The position numbers were made by a program, and so were the translations under genes. A stretch of DNA of 64,000 nucleotides from Thermoanaerobaculia bacterium (GTDB lineage: Bacteria > Acidobacteriota > Thermoanaerobaculia > Multivoradales > Multivoraceae). Positions 9,257 to 19,494 of this stretch are shown here, one piece after another. The notes under the pieces are model-generated. The model ran no database searches. It saw only the letters and a list, made by a program, of their open reading frames with translations, and had not been told where the DNA came from. The DNA lies in NCBI GenBank assembly GCA_963664405.1, contig OY761158.1:5760001-5824000 (forward strand), written 5' to 3'. The first letter of the stretch is position 1; the number at the start of each line of letters is the position of its first letter.

Positions 9257-10312
9257 ATGAGACTGCCGCATGAGAGCTTGGCACTTCAGCAGGTAGCGGA
9301 AAGACTTGCCGATCTTCTCGGTCTTCCATCTGAGAACCTAAAGCCTGCGCCAGTTGCTTTGGCTCATGAAGCAGATGCCGTGCTTGATCTTGGCGCGTTG
9401 AGGTTCGTCATCGAGTGGAAAGGCTCGAGCGGTCTCGCCCAGGTTTCTCAGGCTGCGAACCAGGTCGTGGAGTACGCATCCAAGCTCGGAAGGCGAGCGG
9501 TACCTGTCCTAGCCGTCCCCTTCATGGGACCTTTAGGCCGCGAGCGCTGTCGCGAAGTCGGAGTCAACTGGCTCGACCTCAGCGGAAACGCCCACATCTT
9601 CGCGCCCGGTGTTCGAGTCCGAGTCGAAGGCCAACCCAACCTCTTCAAGCGACCGGGAAGACCGGCGAGCGCCTTCGCCCCAAAGAGCTCGCGGATCGCT
9701 CGCTGGCTGCTCCTCCATCCGAAGGAGTTGCTGACGCAGCGCGAGATCGCCCGCGCTACCGGCATGGACGAGGGCTTCACAAGCCGGATTGTGGCCAGAC
9801 TTGAGGCAGACGAGCTCGTTTCCCGCGAGCCCAGCGGAGCTATTCGTGCGCAAGATCCGGATCTCCTGCTCGACGCCTGGAGGGAGGACTACGACTTCTC
9901 GAAGCACCAGGTCGTCAAGGGGTACGTCGCGGCGCGCTCTGGAAGCGCACTTCTTCGCCGGGTCGCCGGCGAACTCAAAGGACTGAAGGCTGACCACGCA
10001 GCGACCGGGATGGCTGCCGCATGGCTGCTCACTCGCTTCGCCGGCTTCAGGATCGTCACCATCTATGTGGCCGAGCTGCCATCGTCGGACGTGGTCGATC
10101 GCCTGGGCTTCCGAGAGGAAGGCCCTGGGTCGAACGTCTGGTTGGTGGCTCCAGCAGACGAAGGTGTGTTCCACGGCGCCAGCGATCGCGACGGGGTGCG
10201 CTGCGTCCACCCGGTTCAGGCCTACCTAGATCTCAAGGAGCATCCAGAAAGAGCTGACGAAGCTGCCGTCCATCTGCGAGCCGAGCTCTTGACTTGGAGA
10301 ACGGATGCCTGA
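9257..10312 (+). CDS. AbiEi-like (type IV TA) antitoxin/transcriptional regulator
   Basis: Central HTH (TQREIARATGMDEGFTSRIV), LLDAW, C-terminal VHPVQAYLDL...ERADEAA; overlaps the next gene. Confidence 0.7.
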   Translation: MRLPHESLALQQVAERLADLLGLPSENLKPAPVALAHEADAVLDLGALRFVIEWKGSSGLAQVSQAANQVVEYASKLGRRAVPVLAVPFMGPLGRERCREVGVNWLDLSGNAHIFAPGVRVRVEGQPNLFKRPGRPASAFAPKSSRIARWLLLHPKELLTQREIARATGMDEGFTSRIVARLEADELVSREPSGAIRAQDPDLLLDAWREDYDFSKHQVVKGYVAARSGSALLRRVAGELKGLKADHAATGMAAAWLLTRFAGFRIVTIYVAELPSSDVVDRLGFREEGPGSNVWLVAPADEGVFHGASDRDGVRCVHPVQAYLDLKEHPERADEAAVHLRAELLTWRTDA

Positions 10313-11150
10313 CAAGCCCACAACGGCTGCCGGCTACGATCCCGATTACGTCTCGCTCGTCCGTGCGACGTGTCTATACGTCGCAACTAGGCTTGGTGAT
10401 CTAACGGACAACCTAGTCGTCGTCGGAGGATTGGTCCCCTCTCTCATCGTCGACCAGGACAACCTCGCGGAGGGAGTCGAAGCCCACGTCGGAACCATGG
10501 ATCTCGATGTCGCGCTCGCTATCGCGCTCCTGGACCAAGGTCGATACCGCGAGCTGTCGGAGCGACTGCGTCGCAGCGGCTTCACGCAGGACAAGAATCA
10601 GGAGGGGAACGCCACCCGGCAGCGATGGAAGATCGAGGGAGTGACGCTCGACTTTCTCATCGAGCCGACCCTGCCGGATGATCGAGGCGGCGACCTTCGC
10701 GACATCGAGCCGGACTTCGCCGCTGTCATTGCACCAGGGCTACACCTAGCCTTCTTGGACCGCCAGCGGATCTCGCTCACTGGGCGCACAATCATGGGCG
10801 AGAACGCAGAGCGAGATATCTGGGTCTGCGGCCCAGCCGCGTACATCGTCCTCAAGGCACTCGCGTTTTCTCTCCGTGGCGAAAACAAAGATGCTTACGA
10901 CCTTTTCTACGTGATACGCAACTTCGGAACTGCAGTCCAGGAGGTCGCCGATCTCTTTCGCCCGATCCTCGACGACACCCACACCGAGGAGGCCATCTCG
11001 ATCCTCCGCCGGGACTTCACCGCCCACAACGGCCTCGGACCGCGACGCGTCGCCCAGTTTCTGACAGGCGAACCGGACGACACCATTCAGGCCGAGGTCG
11101 TGGGCCACATCGACTCTCTCCTGCGAGCACTGGGCCGAGGATCCCAATAG
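10305..11150 (+). CDS. AbiEii-like nucleotidyltransferase
   Basis: VVVGG...HVGTMDLD NTase motif, LKALA...KDAYDL. Confidence 0.75.
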   Translation: MPDKPTTAAGYDPDYVSLVRATCLYVATRLGDLTDNLVVVGGLVPSLIVDQDNLAEGVEAHVGTMDLDVALAIALLDQGRYRELSERLRRSGFTQDKNQEGNATRQRWKIEGVTLDFLIEPTLPDDRGGDLRDIEPDFAAVIAPGLHLAFLDRQRISLTGRTIMGENAERDIWVCGPAAYIVLKALAFSLRGENKDAYDLFYVIRNFGTAVQEVADLFRPILDDTHTEEAISILRRDFTAHNGLGPRRVAQFLTGEPDDTIQAEVVGHIDSLLRALGRGSQ

Positions 11151-11251
11151 ATTGTCTCTGCGATCCGGTCACCGTTTCATCGGTCGCGGTGTCACCGACG
11201 AAGCCCCCCTACCCGCAGCCTTCTGCCGGCTCGCGTGCTAGGCGAATATAC

Positions 11252-11566
11252 CTAGCATTCGACCAGGCTTGCGATTGCATCCGAGACCTCTCGGAGCACC
11301 TCCTCGAGGCGCCCGCTGACCTCGACCCGCCCGGTAGCATTCGCTCTACGGGCGAGCTGGTTTAGGTTGTTGCCCACACGCGCCAACTCGTGGATCGCCC
11401 TGCTGTTGACCCGACTTGACAGGCGGTAGCGAAGAGCTGTCTGTCGGACGTATACGCTCGGGGCAAGAGAGACGAAGCTGGCCCTCTCCCGAATCGTCTC
11501 CCACTCTTCTGGCGCGAAGCGCACCGGCTTGACGAGGGTGAGGCGAGGCCTGCGTCTTTTTTTCAT
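11252..11566 (-). CDS. mobC: Plasmid mobilization relaxosome protein
   Basis: Ribbon-helix-helix N-terminus and ELARVGNNLNQLARRAN signature. Confidence 0.88.
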   Translation of the reverse strand: MKKRRRPRLTLVKPVRFAPEEWETIRERASFVSLAPSVYVRQTALRYRLSSRVNSRAIHELARVGNNLNQLARRANATGRVEVSGRLEEVLREVSDAIASLVEC

Positions 11567-11626
11567 CGAGGTCCTTCAGGCGTCAGTGAGCCTCTTGAGC
11601 GCCGCGAAGCGGTGCGAAAAGGCTCG

Positions 11627-11680
11627 CTTTCGTATGCGCGACGTAGTCGCGTATTACGAAAGAATTGCTCGCTCCTGCCA
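11627..11680. other. Putative oriT
   Basis: Hairpin CTTTCGTA-TGCGCGAC-GTA-GTCGCGTA-T-TACGAAAG followed by CTCCTGCC (MOBP nic-like), upstream of mobC. Confidence 0.55.
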
Positions 11681-11855
11681 CTACCAGCATTCCCCTCAGG
11701 ACCGACCCCTCCGCCACTCGCTCCGCTCGACGCCGCGGCGCTCGTGGAAGCCGCGAGTGTGGCGTTGGGCTTTGCCCGGCGGTGGGACGAGGAGCACTTT
11801 CCACAGCCGACGCAGCTTCTACGGGTATAGAGCTACAGGAGCTACTACAGGGATG

Positions 11856-11950
11856 GGGGGACCGTTTATGCGTGGCCGACCTCACCAGGGGGGACCGTTT
11901 ATGCGTGCGGAGGGGGACCGTTTATGTGTGGAAAACAGGCGATATCCACA
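11856..11950. repeat. Three 19-bp iterons plus DnaA-box-like sites (oriV)
   Basis: GGGGGACCGTTTATG(C/T)GTG at 11856, 11889 and 11912; TGTGGAAAA (11927) and ATATCCACA (11942); directly downstream of repA. Confidence 0.8.
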
Positions 11951-11958
11951 AAGGAATT

Positions 11959-12822
11959 TCACGGCTCGAGCCGTTTCCGGACATGGCAGGGCGATGGCTT
12001 GAGGCGAATCCCGCCAGGCACCTGCTCGACACGCGCAGCAGGATAGAGGACCAGGACCTGACGGAGAGAGCGCAGGAAGCGCCGCTTGAAGTCCTTCCGA
12101 TCTCGGTAGTCGGCGCCGAACTGTGCCGCGAGCGCGACCCAGGGCACGCGAGTCGGTTTTCTCAGGTAGCTGTTCCGGTACGTGAGCCAACAGTAGAGGT
12201 CGAGGGCCATCGAGCTCCGGACGACCTTGAGAACGCGCAGATCGATGGGCACCGGTCGGTCGCAGATCGCTTCGAAGAAGCCCGGGCTCAGAGTCAACGT
12301 CGAGCGCCATGAAACCGCCTGTCTCGCCTCAGCCACGTTCCACCACAGATGACTGCGCCGGCTGACGCGAAATCCGTCGTCTTCCCACTCGCCGGAGGCT
12401 CGCTTGTCCCAGGTGAAGGCGATGGTCGCACCGAAGAGGCGCTGCATCTGATCGCGAAGTCTCCCGATCGGACCGGTCTTGCCACCGCGAGGAAGCAGAC
12501 CGAGCTCCGCCATGAAGGCGCTCAGGGAAGGGCCCAGCTGAATGACCGGCTCACGAGTTCGAACTGCTTCGGTGGTGACCCACGCCATCAGGAGCCGCGG
12601 GTACCGGCCGTAGGGCAGCTCCAGGAGGGGATGCGCCGCAATCGAAACGACGAGCGAGCCGTTCTGCCGGATGAACACCTTCGACTTCTGCCGGCTGTGA
12701 GGCAGAGTCGTCTGGACGAGCAACCGCGCCATGAAGCCCATAGCGCCCGCCCTGCGGGCCTCCTCGGCCTCGATCGCGAGTGCCTCTCGGAGGAGCCGGT
12801 CGTTGGCGCTTGGGCGAGGAAC
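11959..12822 (-). CDS. repA: Plasmid replication initiator, RepA_C (IncW-like) family
   Basis: LLREALAIEAEEARRAGAMGFMARLLVQTTLPH, LPYGRYPRLL, RPVPID, ALDLYCWLTYR. Start is uncertain: GTT at 12822 behind GGAGG, or ATG at 12741. Confidence 0.85.
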   Translation of the reverse strand, partial: VPRPSANDRLLREALAIEAEEARRAGAMGFMARLLVQTTLPHSRQKSKVFIRQNGSLVVSIAAHPLLELPYGRYPRLLMAWVTTEAVRTREPVIQLGPSLSAFMAELGLLPRGGKTGPIGRLRDQMQRLFGATIAFTWDKRASGEWEDDGFRVSRRSHLWWNVAEARQAVSWRSTLTLSPGFFEAICDRPVPIDLRVLKVVRSSMALDLYCWLTYRNSYLRKPTRVPWVALAAQFGADYRDRKDFKRRFLRSLRQVLVLYPAARVEQVPGGIRLKPSPCHVRKRLEP

Positions 12823-12903
12823 GGTGGCCTCCGAGACTCAGAGAACAGCTGTCCTCAAAGTCTCGAAGGCGTTGAGCTGGGCCCAGAGGTAGTTTGCCGA
12901 CAG

Positions 12904-12920
12904 TCGATGTCGGTCTACCT
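12904..12920 (+). other. Right attachment junction
   Basis: 10/17 identity to 3707-3723 with the same TCG...GG.CTACC register. Confidence 0.55.
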
Positions 12921-14471
12921 TCGGCTATCGAGCGTTTCGAGGCTGAACGGAGAGGAAAGCTCGGAGACGAGCTCGCGCTTCCACCACTCGCCGCTGGCCC
13001 TTCGCTCGGCGGAAGTGGTGAACTCATAGTGGTAGTAGCGGAGTCGTAGATAGGTGGGGCGCGATTCGGTCCACTTCTGGCGGGGGAGAAGCTCGAGGAC
13101 GGCCTCTTCGCCGGAAAGTATCTTGCGCGCCAGCGCGCCGAGCCAAGGCGAGCTCGTCGGGCGCAGAGCCGCGAACCACATCTGCCAGTCGAGTCGAGGC
13201 TGGTGGGGGGCTACCAAAGCCGGCGGCCGGTCCAGCCGTCCGGGCTTCCAATGAAATTCGATCTCGGAGAAGTTCTGGCCGTCAGCGCTTCCCTCGATGA
13301 CGATCTCGGGTCGTGTCTTGGTCATGACGCGAAAGAGCCCGTAGCCGTTAACCGAGCGGAATGGAGCGATCGCGCTCAATAGCGATCTGCCCGGTTGCAC
13401 CAGGTTCGAGTCACACCAGTAGAGGAAGGGTCCGACCGGGCCCTCGAGGGCGGCGGGAGCAGCGCTGCGGACCAGCTCTCGCGCGGTCACCAGCATGCTC
13501 AGCACGAGCAGCGCCGCAGCAGCGGTTCGCCTCAGCGTAGGGCCGATCGAGCCGATCCCCATCAGACGCCTGAGCTCACGATTGGTTGGCGCATGCAGCC
13601 GCCGCTCGCGAAGGACCGGCAGGAGGGCCTCGAAGTGCTTGTCGTCGAGCAGGGAGACGACAAGCACTGTCGTAAGCAAATTGAAAAAGCCGTAGTTGCC
13701 CGTCCATGCGATGAGGGCCTGCAAAACGACGAAGAGCAAGAACGCCGTTCCTCGCGCCCGCCGCCCAAGGAATATCAACCAGGGGACGCAGAGCTCGATC
13801 AGCAGGCACCCTCCCACCGACGCTTGCTGAAACCAATCGGGAAGGTGGTGGGCGTACCAGCTCGTCCACCAGGGAAGAGGCTGGGTGAAATAGTGATAAT
13901 CCAGGGCGCTGAGGTTCCACCAGGCCTCGTCCATGCTCAGCAGCTTGGTGGCCCCGGACAGGAAGATGAGCTTGAAGACCAGGGCGCGAAAGAGCCAGAT
14001 ACCAAGGGTCGAAGGCGGCGTCTGCTCGGCGAGATTGGCGCGCCTCCTTGTCGGGGCGAGCACGAGACCGAGGAAGCCGGCTTCGAGCAACAATGTGTCC
14101 CACTGAAAGCTCATGAAGTCCTGTCCCGCGACCGACAACGAGAGATAGAGGAGCCACAAACTGCCAAAACATAGGAGAGGAAAGAAGCCGAGCAGGGCAA
14201 GCAGGGAGGCTACGGCCCCGGCGCCGCAGAGAATGTGGAGCAGCACGTCGCCGGGGGCCAACCACATCAGAGTCGGGAGTCGCCAGTAGGCATCGTCGCC
14301 TAGGCTGTTGGCAGCGCCGGTCAAGAAGGGCGCTACCGGCAGGATGCCGTGGGATCCGATCAGGCCAGAGGCCTGAACCCAGAAGGAGACGAAGGCGATG
14401 AGGAAGACTAGGCCGAGCAGTCGGAGCAGAAGCCCGCGAACGAAGTGGGTAGTGGCTGGATAGCGCGGCAC
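12915..14471 (-). CDS. Lipase maturation factor family membrane protein
   Basis: GLIGSHGILP, FQWDTLLLEAGFL, HYFTQPLP, GNYGFFN, APHQPRLDWQMWFAAL. Confidence 0.92.
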   Translation of the reverse strand: MPRYPATTHFVRGLLLRLLGLVFLIAFVSFWVQASGLIGSHGILPVAPFLTGAANSLGDDAYWRLPTLMWLAPGDVLLHILCGAGAVASLLALLGFFPLLCFGSLWLLYLSLSVAGQDFMSFQWDTLLLEAGFLGLVLAPTRRRANLAEQTPPSTLGIWLFRALVFKLIFLSGATKLLSMDEAWWNLSALDYHYFTQPLPWWTSWYAHHLPDWFQQASVGGCLLIELCVPWLIFLGRRARGTAFLLFVVLQALIAWTGNYGFFNLLTTVLVVSLLDDKHFEALLPVLRERRLHAPTNRELRRLMGIGSIGPTLRRTAAAALLVLSMLVTARELVRSAAPAALEGPVGPFLYWCDSNLVQPGRSLLSAIAPFRSVNGYGLFRVMTKTRPEIVIEGSADGQNFSEIEFHWKPGRLDRPPALVAPHQPRLDWQMWFAALRPTSSPWLGALARKILSGEEAVLELLPRQKWTESRPTYLRLRYYHYEFTTSAERRASGEWWKRELVSELSSPFSLETLDSRR

Positions 14472-14503
14472 GAGCTTGGGCGGTCACCCTCCTCGAGGCG
14501 AGA

Positions 14504-15547
14504 TCAAGCGTCGGCAGCTACGAGAGCCCAGGCGGCTTCGGCCGTCGGGCGTACCGAAGCGGCCGTCTCTGTGGCCCATGCGCTTGCGGCGGTACCGTCG
14601 CGAACGCGGCCGACGATGCCTTGAGCGATTCCCGCACTGCGGAAGAGGTTGTAGGCCATGTAGAAGTTCCAGTTCTTGATCTCGTCGCGGCCGGTGCGTC
14701 GGCAATAGGCATCGCGGTATTCATCCAGGGTAGGAATGCCGAGAGCAGAGAGGTCGGACCCCGAGAACTGCCGGCTCCACTGCATGCACTGATAGCTGAA
14801 GTCGCCGAGGGGATGGCCGATCGTGGAGAGCTCCCAGTCGAGTAGAGCCAAGATCCTGGGCTCGGTAGGGTGGAAGACCATGTTGTCGTGGCGATAGTCC
14901 CCATGCACGATGCTGCTCTCGTCGCCTTCGGGAATGTTTGAGGGCAACCACTCGATGAGGTTGTTCATCGCCTCGATGTGCTCGGTCTCTGAGAGGGTGT
15001 ACTGCTTGCCCCATCGGTGGATCTGGCGCGCGAAGTAGTTGCCTGGCTTGCCGAAGTCTTCGAGCCCGAGCTTGAGGTAGTCGACACTGTGGAGCCGTGC
15101 CAGAACCTCGTTCATCTGGTCATAAACTGCGCCCCGCTCCTCCTTGGCCACGTCGGGGAGCGTGCCATCCCAGAACACCCGTCCCTCGACGCACTCCATG
15201 ATGTAGAACCAGGTGCCGATGACGCTCTCGTCGGTGCACAGGCAGTAGGTCGCCGGCACTGGCACGTCGGTCTTCCCGAGGGCGGTGATGATGCGGTATT
15301 CCCGGTCTACGGCGTGGGCCGATGGAAGGAGCACTCCCGGAGGCTTGCGGCGCAGCACGTACTTCCGGCCGGCGCTCTCGAGCAGGTAGGTGGGGCAGGA
15401 CTGGCCACCCCGGAACTGCCGCACTTCGAGAGGACCTGAAAAACCCTCGACATGGTCCTCCATATAGTCGCGGAGCGCGTTCGTATCGAAGCGAAGCCGC
15501 TCTGAGATCTCTTTGGTTCCTGAGAACTTTTGCTGTCGGCTTTCCAT
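14504..15547 (-). CDS. Phosphotransferase (APH/ACAD10-11 kinase-like) family protein
   Basis: GGQS.PTY, SAHAVDREY, HGDYRHDN, LDWELSTIGHP. Confidence 0.9.
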   Translation of the reverse strand: MESRQQKFSGTKEISERLRFDTNALRDYMEDHVEGFSGPLEVRQFRGGQSCPTYLLESAGRKYVLRRKPPGVLLPSAHAVDREYRIITALGKTDVPVPATYCLCTDESVIGTWFYIMECVEGRVFWDGTLPDVAKEERGAVYDQMNEVLARLHSVDYLKLGLEDFGKPGNYFARQIHRWGKQYTLSETEHIEAMNNLIEWLPSNIPEGDESSIVHGDYRHDNMVFHPTEPRILALLDWELSTIGHPLGDFSYQCMQWSRQFSGSDLSALGIPTLDEYRDAYCRRTGRDEIKNWNFYMAYNLFRSAGIAQGIVGRVRDGTAASAWATETAASVRPTAEAAWALVAADA

Positions 15548-15615
15548 GGCGGGGATTCTCTCTCGCCGGGTCGCTCAGGGCAAGGGCGGGCCTAAAGGCT
15601 GATACCCTGCCCTGA

Positions 15616-16533
15616 GTGAACAAGAATCAGCCTGAACCGCTCGCGCAGCCACCCGTTTCAGGCGTCGAGCCTGGCGAGGTCGATCCCTGGCGTTTTCTCG
15701 GCTGGACCCTCAGCGGTCTGATCAGCAAACGGATCGAGTCTCACCCCGGCCATCCGCCGATTCCCTGGGCGCCCGTAACCAAAGCGATCGCCTCTTCCAA
15801 GGTTGCGCTCCTCTCAACTGCCGGCATCTCGAGCAAGGACGACCCGCCTTTCGACATGGAGAGCGAGCGCCAACGCCCGTCCTGGGGTGACCCCTCGTGG
15901 CGCCGCCTTCGCTCGGACACCACGGCGGCCGATGTCGAAGTCAATCACCTCCACATCAACACGGAGTTCGTTCGCCGCGATCTCAATGTCGCCCTGCCTC
16001 TCGACCGGCTTCGTGAGCTGGTCGCCGAGGGTGTGGTGGGGTCGATGGCCGAGACCCACTACTCGACCATGGGCTATCAGGGTGCAAGCACCAAGGCCTT
16101 GGAAGAAGAGACGGCCCCCCAGATCGCTGCCGCGATGCGCTCCGAAGCCGTCGATCTCGCGCTCCTCGCTCCGGTGTGACCCGACTGCTGCCGGTCGGTC
16201 GGACTGGTCGCGCGCAAGATCGAGGAGGCTGGCATCCCCACCGTCACCTTGGAGCTGCTCTGGCCCTACCAACGAGTCGTCGGGATGCCGCGAGTGGCGG
16301 CCGTCGAGCATCCCTTCGGGCGGCCCTACGGCGCCGCCGGTGACGCCGAGACCCAACGCGCTGTCCTCGAGGAGGCGCTTACCGTCTTTACCAAGGCCCG
16401 CGAGCCTGGGCATGTCGAGCACCTGCGTACACGATGGCCCGACGACCCCACAGAACGCAAGACTTGGCACCCCAGCGTGCCCTCGCCCGCCATCGCCCTG
16501 ATGCTGAAGCGTCGCGCCAGCGAGGCCGGATAA
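15616..16533 (+). CDS. PrdB/GrdB-like selenoprotein (Sec at 16177-16179, UxxC)
   Basis: ORFs 15616-16179 and 16249-16533 are in one frame, joined by TGA: LLAPV-U-PDCCRSVGLVARKIEEAGIPTV. KVALLSTAG, GDPSWR and DLNVALPLDRL are family motifs. Confidence 0.88.
16191..16207 (+). promoter_or_regulatory. Bacterial SECIS-like hairpin
   Basis: CCGGTC-GGTCG-GACTGG; loop begins with G, 17 nt after the UGA. Confidence 0.6.
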
Positions 16534-16543
16534 CGCCCGCTCG

Positions 16544-16704
16544 AGACCAGCGTTTCCAAAGTTCGCGCACATATCTCGGGCCCTTCTGCCCGCTGGCGTC
16601 GTTTCGCCTCCTCGACATATTGCCCCAATATGCCTGCGTCGGCGCGCCTAGCCAGCGAACAGAATGACCTCGAGCTATGCAGCACGAACTTTGGAAGCGC
16701 TGGT

Positions 16705-16707
<3 letters not shown>
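16544..16707. mobile_element. ~163-bp palindromic MITE-like repeat, copy 1
   Basis: Terminal inverted repeats AGACCAGCG(T/C)TTCCAAAGTTCG; closely similar to 27902-28065 and 55679-55843. Confidence 0.85.
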
Positions 16708-19268
<2,561 letters not shown>

Positions 19269-19279
19269 TCAAAAGGCTC

Positions 19280-19391
19280 TCGCTTCCCTGCGCCGGTGCT
19301 AGCCGGTACCGCAGCGCCGCGTCGCGACGCTGCTAGGTTCAAGGGCTTCCCCGGGCCTTGCCGGGGTCTCAGGCACTGCCACACCCAGCGA
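19280..19391 (-). ncRNA. TPP riboswitch, variant with an inserted hairpin
   Basis: Minus strand: TCGCT-GGG...CTGAGA...CCCTTGAACCT...CCGG-CTAGCA-CCGG-CGCAGGGA-AGCGA, upstream of thiC. Confidence 0.88.
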
Positions 19392-19494
19392 ACTGTCGTT
19401 GCAGGATAGTTGATTGGCGTTTTCGCCTCAACCCCGCCACCTTGGCGGTCCGCCGGTTTTCGGTGAGAATGGGGATCGATGCAAGGGGGGGACC

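Larger units (their letters stand above)
3707..12906. mobile_element. Decayed integrative mobilizable/plasmid-like element (serine recombinase, RepA, oriV, oriT, mobC, type IV TA-like pair, mosaic cargo)
   Basis: Gene content, plus related junctions TCGGCTGAGGCCTACCA (3707-3723) and TCGATGTCGGTCTACCT (12904-12920); lies between two co-oriented host genes (LMF and upp). Confidence 0.7.
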
